Source: Salpingoeca rosetta
Lineage: Eukaryota > Protista > Choanoflagellata
Direction of reading: 5' to 3'
DNA: 64,000 bases
Assembly: GCA_033442325.1 (NCBI GenBank)
Contig: JAWQFM010000007.1
Coordinates: 1,121,261 to 1,185,260, forward strand
Below the pieces are notes generated by a model that worked only from the letters and a program-made list of their open reading frames with translations, was not told the origin of the DNA and searched no databases. This document shows positions 1 through 17,021 of the stretch, piece by piece. Every line of letters begins with the position of its first letter. The first letter of the stretch is position 1. A program made the translations under genes and the position numbers.

Positions 1-61
1 ACACGCACACAGACACAGGCACCAGACACACACACACAGACACAGACACAGACACACACAG

Positions 62-95
<34 letters not shown>

Positions 96-209
96 AGACA
101 CACACACACACACACACAGACACACTCACGCACGCGCGCACGCACACATACGTGCACACACAATCTGCCTCGCTTTGATGTCTGCACGTATGGTACTGCT
201 TCGCTTCAT

Positions 210-1310
210 CTAAAGGATGTCGTCCAGTTCTGAGATTCTGAAGATGACCGTGCTCGGGTCGAAGCTCAGCGCACGCATTGTCGTGACACCTGTGGCAGGG
301 GAGAGGCAAGCACAGGCGTGAGTAAGCATGCGGCAGGGCAAGGCAGTAAAACAAACACACGCACACACACGCGCGCACACACACACACAGACACAGGCAC
401 AGACAGACACAGACACAGACACACACGCACACACCATAAACAAACACAGACAAGCACACATGTACACAGCCTCACACACACACACACAGAGACACACACA
501 TTTGCGTACATTGTGGAGGCAGTGTTGCCCACTCATCTGTCGCCTTTTCAATGCTGGCGACGGAGCGCTGGGATGCGCGAATGTTGTCAAGCTGGAGCAA
601 TCAAACACATGGTTTGTGGTGATGAGGAGATGAGGGGATGAGCAAGGGCACACATACACACACACACATACACACACAGACACACACAAACACAGACACA
701 GACACACACACACAGACACAGACACAGACACAGACGGACAAAAACACACAGATACACACACAGCACCAGTTGTTGGTTGGTGTGCACGACTGTGCGTGTG
801 TAAGCTGTGACGTCCTGGGCACCCATAACAAACTCGGCCACAGAGGCGTGAGCGGTACCACGTTCCTCCATCTCCGATACGCTGTGCTCTGCACATGCGG
901 TATGCGGTGCCACGCGAGTTTGCGTTGGCAGGTCAAAGCGTGAGACACACAAGCAACCGCAGCTGCGAGTGGAGCATGGGGCAACGCGCAGTGGCAGTGC
1001 TTGGCGTTGGTGATACCTTTGCATAGCTGAGTGAATGACGCTTGTATATCCGCTTCCACCCTGACCATGTCATTGAGCGCTTCCACGACTTTATCCCTGT
1101 CAAGAAACAAGCATGTGAACCAGACTTGCAGACACGCAAGAAGACACCAGTACATGACAACGGCGTGCACGACGTGTAATACGTGCAAGCACGCATGTCA
1201 CACAGACACAGCTACACAAACACAGGTGAACACATATCACATGCAGACGCACAGACAGCCGCAGACACACACAGACACACGCAGACACACACACACACAC
1301 ACAGACACAG

Positions 1311-1341
<31 letters not shown>

Positions 1342-1937
1342 TGGGCGCACGACTCCGCTAACCAAGCTGTTGTAATGCGAGCGTGCTGGGCTTCTGCGCT
1401 GCGCGCGTGACACAGCCTGAGACGCTGTTCGAGGTTGGGAAACTTGCGAAGACAGGTCAAGGCATCCTCGGGCACCGCAGCTTGCTCCTCTTGCTCTTCC
1501 TCCTCGTCTCCTTTGCTGTTGCCTGTGTCGCTGGTTGTGAGTGTTTCCAGCGCTTGCGCGCGCTCCACCATGCCATGCAAGCGTTGCAGCTGCTCCACCA
1601 CTTCCAATGCGGCTGTGTCTTGCCGATCGGCACACGACACAATCTCCTTGAACTGAGCCCTGAGGACAAGAAGAGCACGGGCACGTGGGATGTGCGTGCG
1701 CCGTGGCAGAGCGTGAAACACATGTACAGAGAGAGGCAGAGAGAGACAGAGACAGAGAAACAGCGAGACAGTAAGAGAGAGGCACACACACACAGACACA
1801 CAGACACACAGACACACAGACACACAGACACAGACACAGACACAGACACAGACACAGACACAGACACAGACACACACACACACACACACACAGACACACA
1901 AGCGTGCTCACGCAAAGGCTCGTCGTTCCTCGTCCAT
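210..1937 (-). CDS. C1orf109/AIRIM-like protein (AFG2/SPATA5-interacting ribosome maturation factor family), about 6 exons
   Basis: Spliced reading MDEERRAFA|AQFKEIVSC...[26 protein letters not shown]|[13 protein letters not shown]...|[28 protein letters not shown]|LDNIRAS...DEWATLPPQ|[13 protein letters not shown]...ELDDIL*. It resembles the remembered C1orf109 motifs LRAFPDLKERLRRK...DKL and SPSVADMLEWLQDI. The junctions checked are in phase; the exon-2 donor is ambiguous. Confidence 0.6.
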
Positions 1938-2303
1938 CTTCCAACAGGAGGAGTTGTGAAGACTTTCAAGACACAATCAGATTGTTTCTGTTGCTGTGTT
2001 TCATGTGTCACACATCACATACCACATCACCACACCATGCAGCGTCCCCTTCATGCCCATCACACCGGTCCGTGTACTGCTGATAGAGAGAGGAGATGGA
2101 AAGGAAAAGGATGTACAAAGCAACCAGGAAGCAAGAAGCAAGCGGAGAAACAAGCAGCGTGGAGCCGACAAGAAGGCAGGCCAGCAAAGGCACTGGCTAT
2201 TGCATTGAAATATAGGCAACGAGTAGCACGCGCGCGTGTACGTGTGCAGGTTTGAAGCTGGTGGAGATTGAGAAAGGAGGTGGGGGGGGGGGAGAGCAGC
2301 TGC

Positions 2304-2593
2304 TCATGCAAAGGAGGATGATGCACCAGGCTGCTGTGGGTTGCCTTGGCTCTGCTGGTAGCGGGCATACACCTCGTCTGGGCTTGGTACTTGCACAGGT
2401 TGGGGGCAGTCCTGCTGTGAGGTGTTAGTATGTGATCAAAGGGTTGTGTCGTGTGAGCCATGGAAAAGCGGGATGTGGTTGGGGCAAGGAGCAAGGGAGA
2501 AGGGGAAAGAGGGAAGGGAGAAGATGAACAAGGAAGGAGGAAGAGGGAAAGGAGGGGAAACACACACACACACACACAGACAGACAGACAGAC

Positions 2594-2632
<39 letters not shown>

Positions 2633-3788
2633 CACACACACACACACAAACAGACAGACACCCCAGCAAAGCAAGGAAGCACGTACTTGTCCCGTGGAGT
2701 GCTCGTTGGTGAAAGCGCGAATTTCGTCATCGCTGCTGAGCGTGCGGTAGTGGTCAACACAGCCCTGGAGGCGAGCAGACTGTGCGGCGTTCATGTCGAG
2801 GATCGTCTGGCAGTAGCGGCCGACTGTCGCCCCGACAAAGCGGTGGCGGTCGCGCTCAGCATCCTCAAACGTCTGCCCAAACCAAACCACAGCACACAGC
2901 GCAGCGTCCATCAGATGCGAGAAGAGAGCGGAGGGGGGGGGGTGGAGAGGAAGTCACAACGGACAAGTTGCGCAAAACAAGAGCACACAAACACACACAG
3001 CCACACACACCCACACACACACCCACACACACACACATTGGGTGTGGCTTACGTTACAGCCCTCGATCATGGTGTCAACCCAGGCCTTTTGGCGTGTGTT
3101 GAACTTGGTGACGTGCTTGTTGTAATCCTCCGCAGCCTTGTTCACCTTCTTCTCATGCTTCGCACGCGCGTCCGCAAGCTGCACCCCCCCCCCCCCAAAT
3201 TAAAGCATTAATCAACAACAACACATGTGAGCAATCAGCACCGACACCACAGCCAGCAATCAAAACAAGACACACGAGGATGTTCGCAGCAACACCCACG
3301 TCATCATTCACAACGGCACACCTTCTGCAGCTCCTTGTGGGAGGCGCCGACAGCCTGGGCGTGGGAAAAGTTGTCGCAGGCGCGGCCGTAGTCAATGCAC
3401 TTGTCAACGTAGTGCGCATGGGACTTCTCAAGGCCGGGCACCGCGCTCGCAAGGTCCTTGCGCGTCTCAAGAATCGTCTTCTCAAACTGTTTGTGGTATT
3501 GTGAAGAGCAGGAAACACCAGAACGTAACGTGAGCACATTGCGTGTGTGAATGTGCACGTAGATGTGTGCGTGTTTATGAGTGCGCGTGTGTGTACGTAT
3601 GCGTGCGTGCCGTGCGGTGAGCGTTCGTGCTTACGGATTTGCGGGCAAGCTTCTGCTGGTCCTTGAAGCTCATAAAATCCTTGTCCAGCTCGGTAGACAG
3701 CTGCACAACACGCATAGCGGTGACGAGTGAGCAAAACAGGCGAGCAAAACACCTCAAGGCAGACACGCACACACACCCACACACACCC

Positions 3789-3851
<63 letters not shown>

Positions 3852-4348
3852 AACCTGGATGGCAAAGGTGGCGCGGTCACGCGCCTCTTCTGCAATGTCG
3901 TTCTTCACATTCAACCAAATCTGACGCATGTGTCTGCACATCACACAAACACACACACACACACACACACACAAAATACACACGCGTCGAACACAGCAAT
4001 GAGGACGACACGATACAGCATACCGCGCGTGCAACACACGAACAAGGCGTTCAATATCCGTTTCTTCGACACAGCGCACGGCCACCAAACCTTTTCCTCC
4101 CCCTCAAGGTTCATCCAAGCTTCGCCTCATACCCATGTTCAGTACGTACCCTTCCTCCATGTCACCGAGCGTGACCTTTGCCAGCTTGGCAAGCGCCTTT
4201 GCGTACTGGTCCTCAACAGCCGCCCTGCACACATACACAAATGCAGGATAAGCCACAAAAAAGAGAGTGTGTGTGAGAGAGAGTGTGTGTGTGTGTGTGA
4301 GAGAGAGAGAGTGTGTGTGTGTGTGTGAGGCACAACCACGATGGTTGC

Positions 4349-4418
<70 letters not shown>

Positions 4419-6945
4419 GGTGGTGCCCACAGGCGACGCGACACTAAGAAAACGAGAACTCCCTCAACACGAGGCGATGACTGACCTGAGACGCATAAAC
4501 TCGGCCAGGTCTTTGCACACCTCCTTGCCATTGCGGTGCTTCAGCACAAGCAGATCAAAGCCAGGCTTACCATCCGCCTAACAAATCGGCGTCAACACAG
4601 CGGCACAGCCATTGTGAGCGTGGTGGTATTATTGGGTACGCATAGCGACGCAAAGCATGCAACGCAGCTGAAGCATGCAGCCCAGCCATTGTGCCCACGA
4701 AAACGAAATGCCACACACACAGAGACACAGACAGATAGACACACAGACACGCACACACACACACAAGAGTGTCTAGGTGCAAGCTGTTGCAAGGCACGCA
4801 CCGCATCCTGCCAGAAGTTCTCGCGGTAGTGGAACTTGTTTGGATCGCGCATGCTCGTATCGCGCTGGAGCGTTTGGAAACTGGGATGCACCGGCTGGCA
4901 TCATGTCACACCAGAATGATGGCGACGTTGGTGAGTCTTGCAGTATGGAAACAGCAGCAGCTAGCAAGCGCACGTCACTATGAAAGCGCGCGCGCACACA
5001 CATACACACACAACACCACAAAACAACGCCAGCGTACCTGGGCCTGCTGCTGTGGCTGCTGTGGCTGCTGAAACTGCTGCTGCTGCTGGCCGGGTGGCAT
5101 TGGCGGCCCCTGTGGTGGCCCCTGTTGCTGCGGGTATCCTGGCTGCTGCATGTGCTGCATGTGCTGCTGCTGTGGTGGCTGTGGTGGCTGCTGCATCTGC
5201 ATCTGGCCGTACTGCGATGGCGGGCGCATTGGCGGGCGCGGGTTGCCGGGTGGTCCCGGGGGCGCGGGCTCGCCGTACATGGAGTTTCGCATCTGTGGTG
5301 GCTGCTGCGGGGGCTGTGGGGGCTGTGGGGGCTGCTGCGGGTCCTGGTCTGGCAGGTCGCCGTACACGTCGTCGTTCATGATGGGCGGCTCGGGTGCCGA
5401 GGGCACGAGCTTTGGCTTGGGGGCCTGCGGTGCCTGAGGCGGCCCACCGGGGCGGGGTGCCTGTGGCGGCTGCGGCGCACCCTGGCCCGGCATTGGCGGT
5501 GGAGGGATGGACACCTGGATGGCAGAGCTGGGGGCGATGATGCCATATGCATTCTCTTCCTCATCAGCCGGCTGCTGCGCCTGCGGCTTGTCCCACCGCG
5601 TTTCTGTTCAGTCCGCGTAAGCAAACGATGTGGTTGTGTGATAAAATGACACGAAGGGTGAGAAGAGTGAGGCACGGGCTGTTCAATAACAGCCGAGAGC
5701 GCAGCTGTGACATGTCACATGAAGTAATCCAACACAGCCACCAGAATCCGGACTCATCCATATCTTGTCTCTTGTGTTGTCACACCTACGAACACACACA
5801 CACACATTGTCTTTCTGTCTCTATCTCTGTCAATGTGTCCATTCATCTGTCTCCTTCACAAGCACAAGACAAGCGGGGAGCACGACACCTTGAGTTTGCT
5901 CGTTGACATAGTATGAACGGCCAGATGCCTGGTCAACAACGGCCTTCCAGCCCGGTGGCAGATCTGGCGAGCAAACGAAGGCGCAGGGTGCAAGAAGGGT
6001 GCAGTGAGTTTGAAAGGCCAAAGCCGTCTGAGTACCTGGCGAAAACCACAAAGACACACACATGCACACAACTGCACAGTTGCACACACACACACATGCA
6101 CAACTGCACACACACACATGCACACATTGCGCCGTACCGTCATTGCTTGGTGCTGCTGGTGCCTGAGGCGGTGCTGGTGGCGAAGGCACAGACACTGGCT
6201 GGGGCTGGGGCTCGGGCTCTTCTGGCGCGGGCGGGGGAGACGCCTGTTCCGGCTGTTGTCGCAGGCAAAAAAAAGAAGGGGGGGGGGAGGCAGCAGCAGC
6301 AGTACAGTCAGCTGCCACAATCGGTTCCAGCACACACGACATACGACACACGACACACGGCATACGACACACAACACACGATAATGGTTGAACATCGACA
6401 AGTATCACAGCAGCGACAGCAGCGACGACGACAGCATTAAGACATGTCAATCACCTCAGCAGGCTTCACGTAGCTGCTGGGAAACCATCTGTGAGCCCAT
6501 TCAGGACGCGGCATGTGTCGGTGTGCAGGTGTTAGAGGTTGGTGGTGGCAGGGTGCACCCGTGTATGCCGAGGTGGATCACACACAAGGTAACAGAGGCA
6601 CAGAGAGTGTCGTTGTCACACAAACCAAACATACAGCAGAGGCTGAAAAGAGTCAGACAGGTTTACAAAGTCAGATAGGCTTACAGACAGACAGACAGGC
6701 TTACAGACAGACAGGCTTACAGACAGACAGACACACGCAGACACACAACACATATCGAAACACACTCATCTACATCCAAACACACACATCCACACACACC
6801 CCGATTGCTGTGTTGATGTGTGCTTGCCCTTGGTCCAGCCCGAGGCGTCGCGTTGGATCACCTCGATGCGATCACCTGCCGCGAACGAGAGGCCATTCTC
6901 GTTTGTGGCTGAGAAAGCGTACAGCGCTTGCACCACGTCGGCCAT
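2304..6945 (-). CDS. GAS7: GAS7-like SH3 + WW + proline-rich + F-BAR protein (multi-exon)
   Basis: SH3: MADVVQALYAFSATNENGLSFAAGDRIEVIQRDASGW...WFPSSYV. WW: LPPGWKAVVDQASGRSYYVNEQTQ|ETRWDKP. Pro/Gln-rich linker. FCH/F-BAR: FHYRENFWQ|ADGKPGFDLLVLKHRNGKEVCKDLAEFMRLR|AAVEDQYAKALAKLAK...TFEDAERDR. The last exon ends PGASSSFA* (stop 2304-2306). The SH3-WW-F-BAR order is that of GAS7. Confidence 0.85.
4345..4424 (+). repeat. (GTT)n/(GGT)n microsatellite in a GAS7 intron
   Basis: Direct reading. Confidence 0.95.
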
Positions 6946-7515
6946 AGTCGACGATGATGATGATGATGATGATGATGAGGAGGAGGAGGAGGAGGAGGAG
7001 GAGGAGGAGCTGGCTTGGTCTTGGTCTTGGTGGTGGTGGTGGTGGTGGGTGATGCTGTGTTGTTGTGACAGTGGGCGGCGATAGTGGGTGTGTTTGTGTT
7101 TCTCCTTCGCGCTGTGCTGAGTCGAGTCCTGATGATTTGTCGTATCTTCCATAAAGTACCAGGAACCACACTCTGCACTTTTCTTATTCTTGCCGTCTCC
7201 GAACGCTGTCCTGCTCCGTCGCCGACAGCTCGCGGCGTTGCTGCCATCTCCACCACGACTTTGATTGAACAATCAATCAATACAAACACCCCCGCAACAC
7301 AAACACTCAACAAGTTCGCGCGCAGGGCCTTGATCCCTCTCCATACACCACACCGCACACCGCACACAGCACACCGCACACAGCACACCGGGAGTTGCTG
7401 CTGTAGTTGGTGGTGCTTGGTTTCTTCTCTCTTCCTTGCCTGTCGTTGCGAAAGGCAAACAACAACACCAACAACACCACCAACAACAACAACACCAACA
7501 CCACAACAGTGGGAG

Positions 7516-10500
7516 ATGGCGCTGAACAAGAACGACCAGCAAAACAAGAACAAGAAGGGCAACGGCGCCCGCAAGGAGCTCTTCTCCATCATCTGGCTCG
7601 TGTTTCTGCTGGGCTCAGCCGTCCTGCACTGGTGGGGATACTACTTCACGGACAAGTGGATTGTCACTCAGAAGGGCGCAACAGACCCCCGCACAGTGGG
7701 CCTGCTGCAAAACTACGAAAAGCACGATGCGTGGTTTGCCACCGTCATCTTGCTCGGCATCAGCCTCGCGTGCGTGACCATCGCCTTCCTGGCCGGGTTC
7801 TTCTTCTTCTTCGTCCGCCTCAAGCGCGCAGCGAAGACCCGCCACATCTGCCTCAAGGTCGCCAAGGTGTTCTCCTTGCTCGGCGCCTTGTGCATGTTTG
7901 CCGGCCTCATCGTGTTCCCAGCCGGATTCGAGTCCGCAAAGGTGCGTTGCGCGTTTGTGCGCATGCCGTGCGTGCAGTGTAAGCGTTTTTTGGCTGATTT
8001 GCACGCTACACGCACTGTGCTTTGTGTTTGTGTTGTGTGTGTGTGTGTGTTTGAGACTGCGCGCGCGTGTGTGTTTGAGACTGCGTGTGTTTTTGAGACT
8101 GTGTTTGATCTAGACATGTTCTGTACTTTATGCTTGTGGCTGTATGTGTGCTTGCGTGTGCGTGTCTTGTTTGTGATGATGATGGTCCCGTACCAGCACA
8201 ACAAGCACTGCCATGAAGTACTGTCGTGATGGCGAGGCTGCCTATCACCGCGCACCATGACGCACGTTACCTCACCACCATGTCCCGTGTTATCCTTCTT
8301 CTTGTTCTTTTTTTTTTGTTGTTGTTGCGCATTGCAGTTGCTGCCATGCTCCTTTGCGGCCACAAAGGAAGCCGCCTACCATCTGTGCAACCCTTGGCAA
8401 ACTGGCCTTGCCGTGTACCTTCTCATCGTGTCCCAAGTCCTGCTTACCCTCGCCATCTGCTTCTCCGCCTGCGTGCTGAGCAAAATCGATGAGGATCGCA
8501 AGGAGAAGGAGAAGCGCAAGCGCCAGGGCAAAGACGACGAGTACGTTTTCGTTCTGTTTTGGTCGTGGTTTGCCTTGTTTTGTTCTGCATGCTCCAACAA
8601 CCCCATTTCTATCGCCCTGTGCGGAGTGCTGTGCCATGCTGTGGTGTGATGTGGTGTGGTGTGGTGTGTGGTGTGGTGTGGTGTGGTGTGGTGTGGTGTG
8701 GTGTGGTGTGGTGTGGTGTTTGGTGTGGTGTGATGTGCTTTGGTATGTGTGCGTGTGGTGTGTGGTGGTGTGTGGTGGTGTGGTTTGGTGTGTGTGTGTG
8801 TGTGGTGTGTGGTGTGTGGTGTGTGGTGTTTTTGGCTCCTACTCTTGCACATGCGACACCCGTACTTGTCCATCGTATTCTTCAGATTGACCGCTGCTTT
8901 TGTTTTGGTCCTCTTTGCGTTTGTGTCGCTTTTGTGTTGTGTATGCCAAGTTCTCACCGCGCTCCTTGCTTGTCCAACACGCCCTTGTGCTGCATGGTGC
9001 GCTTGCCACGGCAGGTGGTTCGACAAGTACGGTACCGCTCCGCTCATCACCGAGACGGGCATGGGCGACGACGACACGGCGCACAACAAGGATCCACACC
9101 TCCTCGACGAGGTCATGGCCATGAACGCCAACGACGACATGGTGCGTCATTGCGTGCTATTTCATTTATGCGTTTGTGAGAGTGAGCGAGTGTGTGAGTA
9201 CGCGTGTTCTCGTGTGTGAGTACGTGTATTCTCGTGTGTGTGTGTACGTGTGTTCTCGTGCGTGTGAGTGTATGTGCGTTGTCGGGTGTGAGTGTATGTG
9301 CGTTGTCGGGTGTGTGTGTGCGTGAGAAAGTTTGTGTGCCCTTTGCCCCCCCAGGCGGTGCATGCCAAGCCGTGTACACAACAGGCCGCCCCATGTTCCG
9401 TGCCGTGCCTGCTGCCACTCGTTGGCTGCGCATGCCCTCTTTTTCGCTTTTTCGCTTTCCGCTCACCGCACTTGCCCTTTGCTCTCTGGTGAATGGTACG
9501 CTGCAGGAGAACATGCACATGCCTGGGTATCTGGACCTGGACGAGCCCCAGCAAGACCAGCAGAAGCAGCAGGAGAAGCGCGCCTCGTTCATGGAGACGG
9601 TGTTCGACAACGGCTACCTCGACTTTGCCCAGGAGTCGCAACAGCCAGGAGCACCCATCGACATGGTTGGTGGCAGCGGCGACGACGACGAGGATGAGGC
9701 CGGGTACCTTGAGTTTGGAGACGACGGCGTGCTGCGCGACACGACTGGCAATGAAATTGCGGAGACGTACCTCGACTTTGATGAGCCGGATGTGCAGCAG
9801 GAGTCGACGCAGCAGCTCGCGCCCGACACGGACACGGCGTACCTCGACTTTGACCAGGACGACGAGCCCGAGACGCTGTATCCCGATGCCCTCCCACTGA
9901 AGGCACTTGACGCCGGCGGCGCTGGTGATGACACCGACGCAGCGTACCTCGACTTTGAGCAAGAGGAGCAAGCAGAGGAGGATGAAGCAGAGGAAGAAGA
10001 GGAAGAAGAGGATGAAGAGGATGAAGAGGATGAGGTGGAGGCGACGAACGAGGGCTACTTGGACTTTGACCAAGCAGATGAGGAAGAGGACGAGGAAGAT
10101 GAGCAAGAAGAGCAGGAGCAAGAGGAAGAACAGGAGCAAGAGGAAGCAGAGGAAGAGGAAGAACAGGAGCAAGAGGAGGAGGAGGAAGCACCAGTGGCCG
10201 AGGAGGCGAACGAGGCATACCTCGACTTTGACCAAGCAGATGAGGAAGAGGACGAGGAAGATGAGGAAGAAGAGCAGGAGCAAGAGGAAGAACAGGAGCA
10301 AGAGGAGGAGGAAGCAGCACCAGTGGCCGAGGAGGCGAACGAGGCATACCTCGACTTTGACCAGGCCGATGAAGAGGAAGAGGAAGCAGAGCAAGAGGAA
10401 GAACAGGAGCAAGAGGAGGAGGAAGCAGCACCAGTGGCCGAGGAGGCGAACGAGGCATACCTCGACTTTGACCAGGCCGATGAAGAGGAAGCAGATCAAG

Positions 10501-10907
10501 AAGAAGAACCGGAACAAGAGGAGGAAGAAGCGCAAGAACAAGCGCCTGAGCAACAACAGCCCACCGCAGAGGCAGAGGACGTCGTCCTCAACTTTGATGA
10601 TGATGACAACGACGACGACAATGGCGGGTACCTCGACTTTGATGCCGACGATGATGCGGCCGTTGGGCCGGATGCAGCAGCTCAGCAGCAGCAGCAAAGC
10701 CAGGACCAGCAAACGCTGCCCTCGTTTATGGCGGATGCCATGACTGCCGACAACAACGACAACCCGATGGTTGACCTGGATGCGCTGTACGGCGATTTGG
10801 ATGAGGATGTGCTGGACTTGGACGCGTTTGATCCCGAGACAGACGAGATGGTGCTGGATCTCGATGCGGCTGGAGACGACGACGATGACGCCGATCAGTA
10901 CTTCTAA
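7516..10907 (+). CDS. LHFPL/claudin-superfamily four-TM protein with long acidic cytoplasmic tail bearing repeated YLDF motifs (exons 7516-7941, 8338-8540, 9015-9141, 9507-10907)
   Basis: Four hydrophobic helices: LFSIIWLVFLLGSAVL, WFATVILLGISLACVTIAFLAGFFFFFV, VFSLLGALCMFAGLIVFP, LAVYLLIVSQVLLTLAICFSACVL. The loop GLIVFPAGFES...C...YHLC..W resembles LHFPL 'IFPxGW-S...C...Y.LG.C...W'. All three introns are GT-AG and in phase. Confidence 0.75.
10040..10500 (+). repeat. Coding tandem repeat of about 111-129 bp units encoding (AP)VAEEANEAYLDFDQADEEE
   Basis: ccagtggccgaggaggcgaacgaggcatacctcgactttgacca recurs at 10191, 10320 and 10431, with a diverged copy near 10040-10080. Confidence 0.9.
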
Positions 10908-11720
10908 GCCACTGGCGCTGACCTGGGGCCCAGTGCCGGCATGCCACATCATCGCCATCTTGTTTTCTGTTGTCGGTGCTGCGCGTTTGTGGTGTGCAAC
11001 TGGGCCTCGCATTCCTTGCTGTGCGCGCGCTGTGGTGTACGTTTCCACGCTGTTTCCATTCCGTTTGCGCTGTTCACTCGCGTCCCACGTTGATTGGCGA
11101 TGTTGTGTTACTGTTTGTTTGTTTGTTTGCGCCCGGTCCCCACGCTGGTGTGGTGGCCGAGGTGCTTTTGCTCGCGTCGCTTATTTCTGTTTCACATTCC
11201 ATTGTTGACGTTTTGGCTCTTTGCCGCTCGCGGTGTTGTCGTTGCTGCTTCATTCTGGTGTTGACCTACCTGTGCGTTTGTGGCATGTCACACTTCTGCG
11301 AAGTGCTTGCTTGCAGCGCGACTTGACATCCCATCACATTTAATCCCATCACATTTCATAACATCACATCACTCCGCATACGAGCGGGTTGTTTGTTTGC
11401 GTGCTTTTTCATTTGATCGACCCCATATTCTTGCTTTCATTGCCCTCTTTCTGGCCGCCTTTGCTGTGGTCTTGTACTGTTATTAACTTGTTGCTTGCTT
11501 GCTCATTTTTGTTTGTTAATCAGCAACCAACACCAATATATCCAAACGATGACAAGAAAGCCCATGTGCGCGCGTGTGTGTGCTTGTTTGTGTGTTTGCA
11601 CGTGTGTGTACATGTTTGTTTGTGTATGTGTGTGCGTCTCTGCGTATGTCTGCGTGTACATTATTTGTTTGGTGATGGGAGATCACGGATGCATGCGCGG
11701 ACAGTAGCGGACGACAGCCG

Positions 11721-16661
<4,941 letters not shown>

Positions 16662-16782
16662 CGTCCCAAGTCGACGTGCTTGTTTGTGCTGTGTGTGTGT
16701 GTGCTTGTTTATTTGTGCGTGTGCGCGTATGTGTGTGTGTGTTTGTTTGTGCGTGTGTTTGTTTGTGTGTGTGCGTGTGCGC

Positions 16783-16837
<55 letters not shown>

Positions 16838-17021
16838 CGGTTGCTTATTTGTGAGTTTGTGCGAGTTGCTTGTCTTCTCACTGTCTGTCTTGGGTGTCCT
16901 TCTCCGCTCGAATTTTAGCGACGACATCCGTATTTTTCTACAAATCGAGTTGTTGTGTTGTTGTGGTGGTCGAGGTGGGAGAACAAAACAGCTGGCGCCG
17001 CACACCTTCTGCTGTGCCACG

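Noticed and set aside
1370-1390. Possible GC-AG intron donor in the C1orf109-like gene
   Set aside because: An in-phase canonical GT donor exists 24 nt further on; this cannot be decided without transcripts.
10191-10480. Identical ~44-nt repeats with spacers resembling a CRISPR array
   Set aside because: They are in-frame coding repeats with mutually similar low-complexity spacers, in a eukaryotic context with no cas genes.
9162-11048. 628-aa hydrophobic antisense ORF and 278-aa Lys/Arg-rich alternative-frame ORF over the YLDF exon
   Set aside because: Shadows of a GAR-rich repetitive coding exon that lacks stops in other frames.
16882-16927. Upstream ilvD exon MSSLKFERRRTPKTD, which would leave only 94 bp to the TECPR1 ATG
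   Set aside because: It needs a weaker AAG acceptor, and the CA-rich stretch before ATG 16661 resembles other 5' leaders here. Kept only as an alternative.
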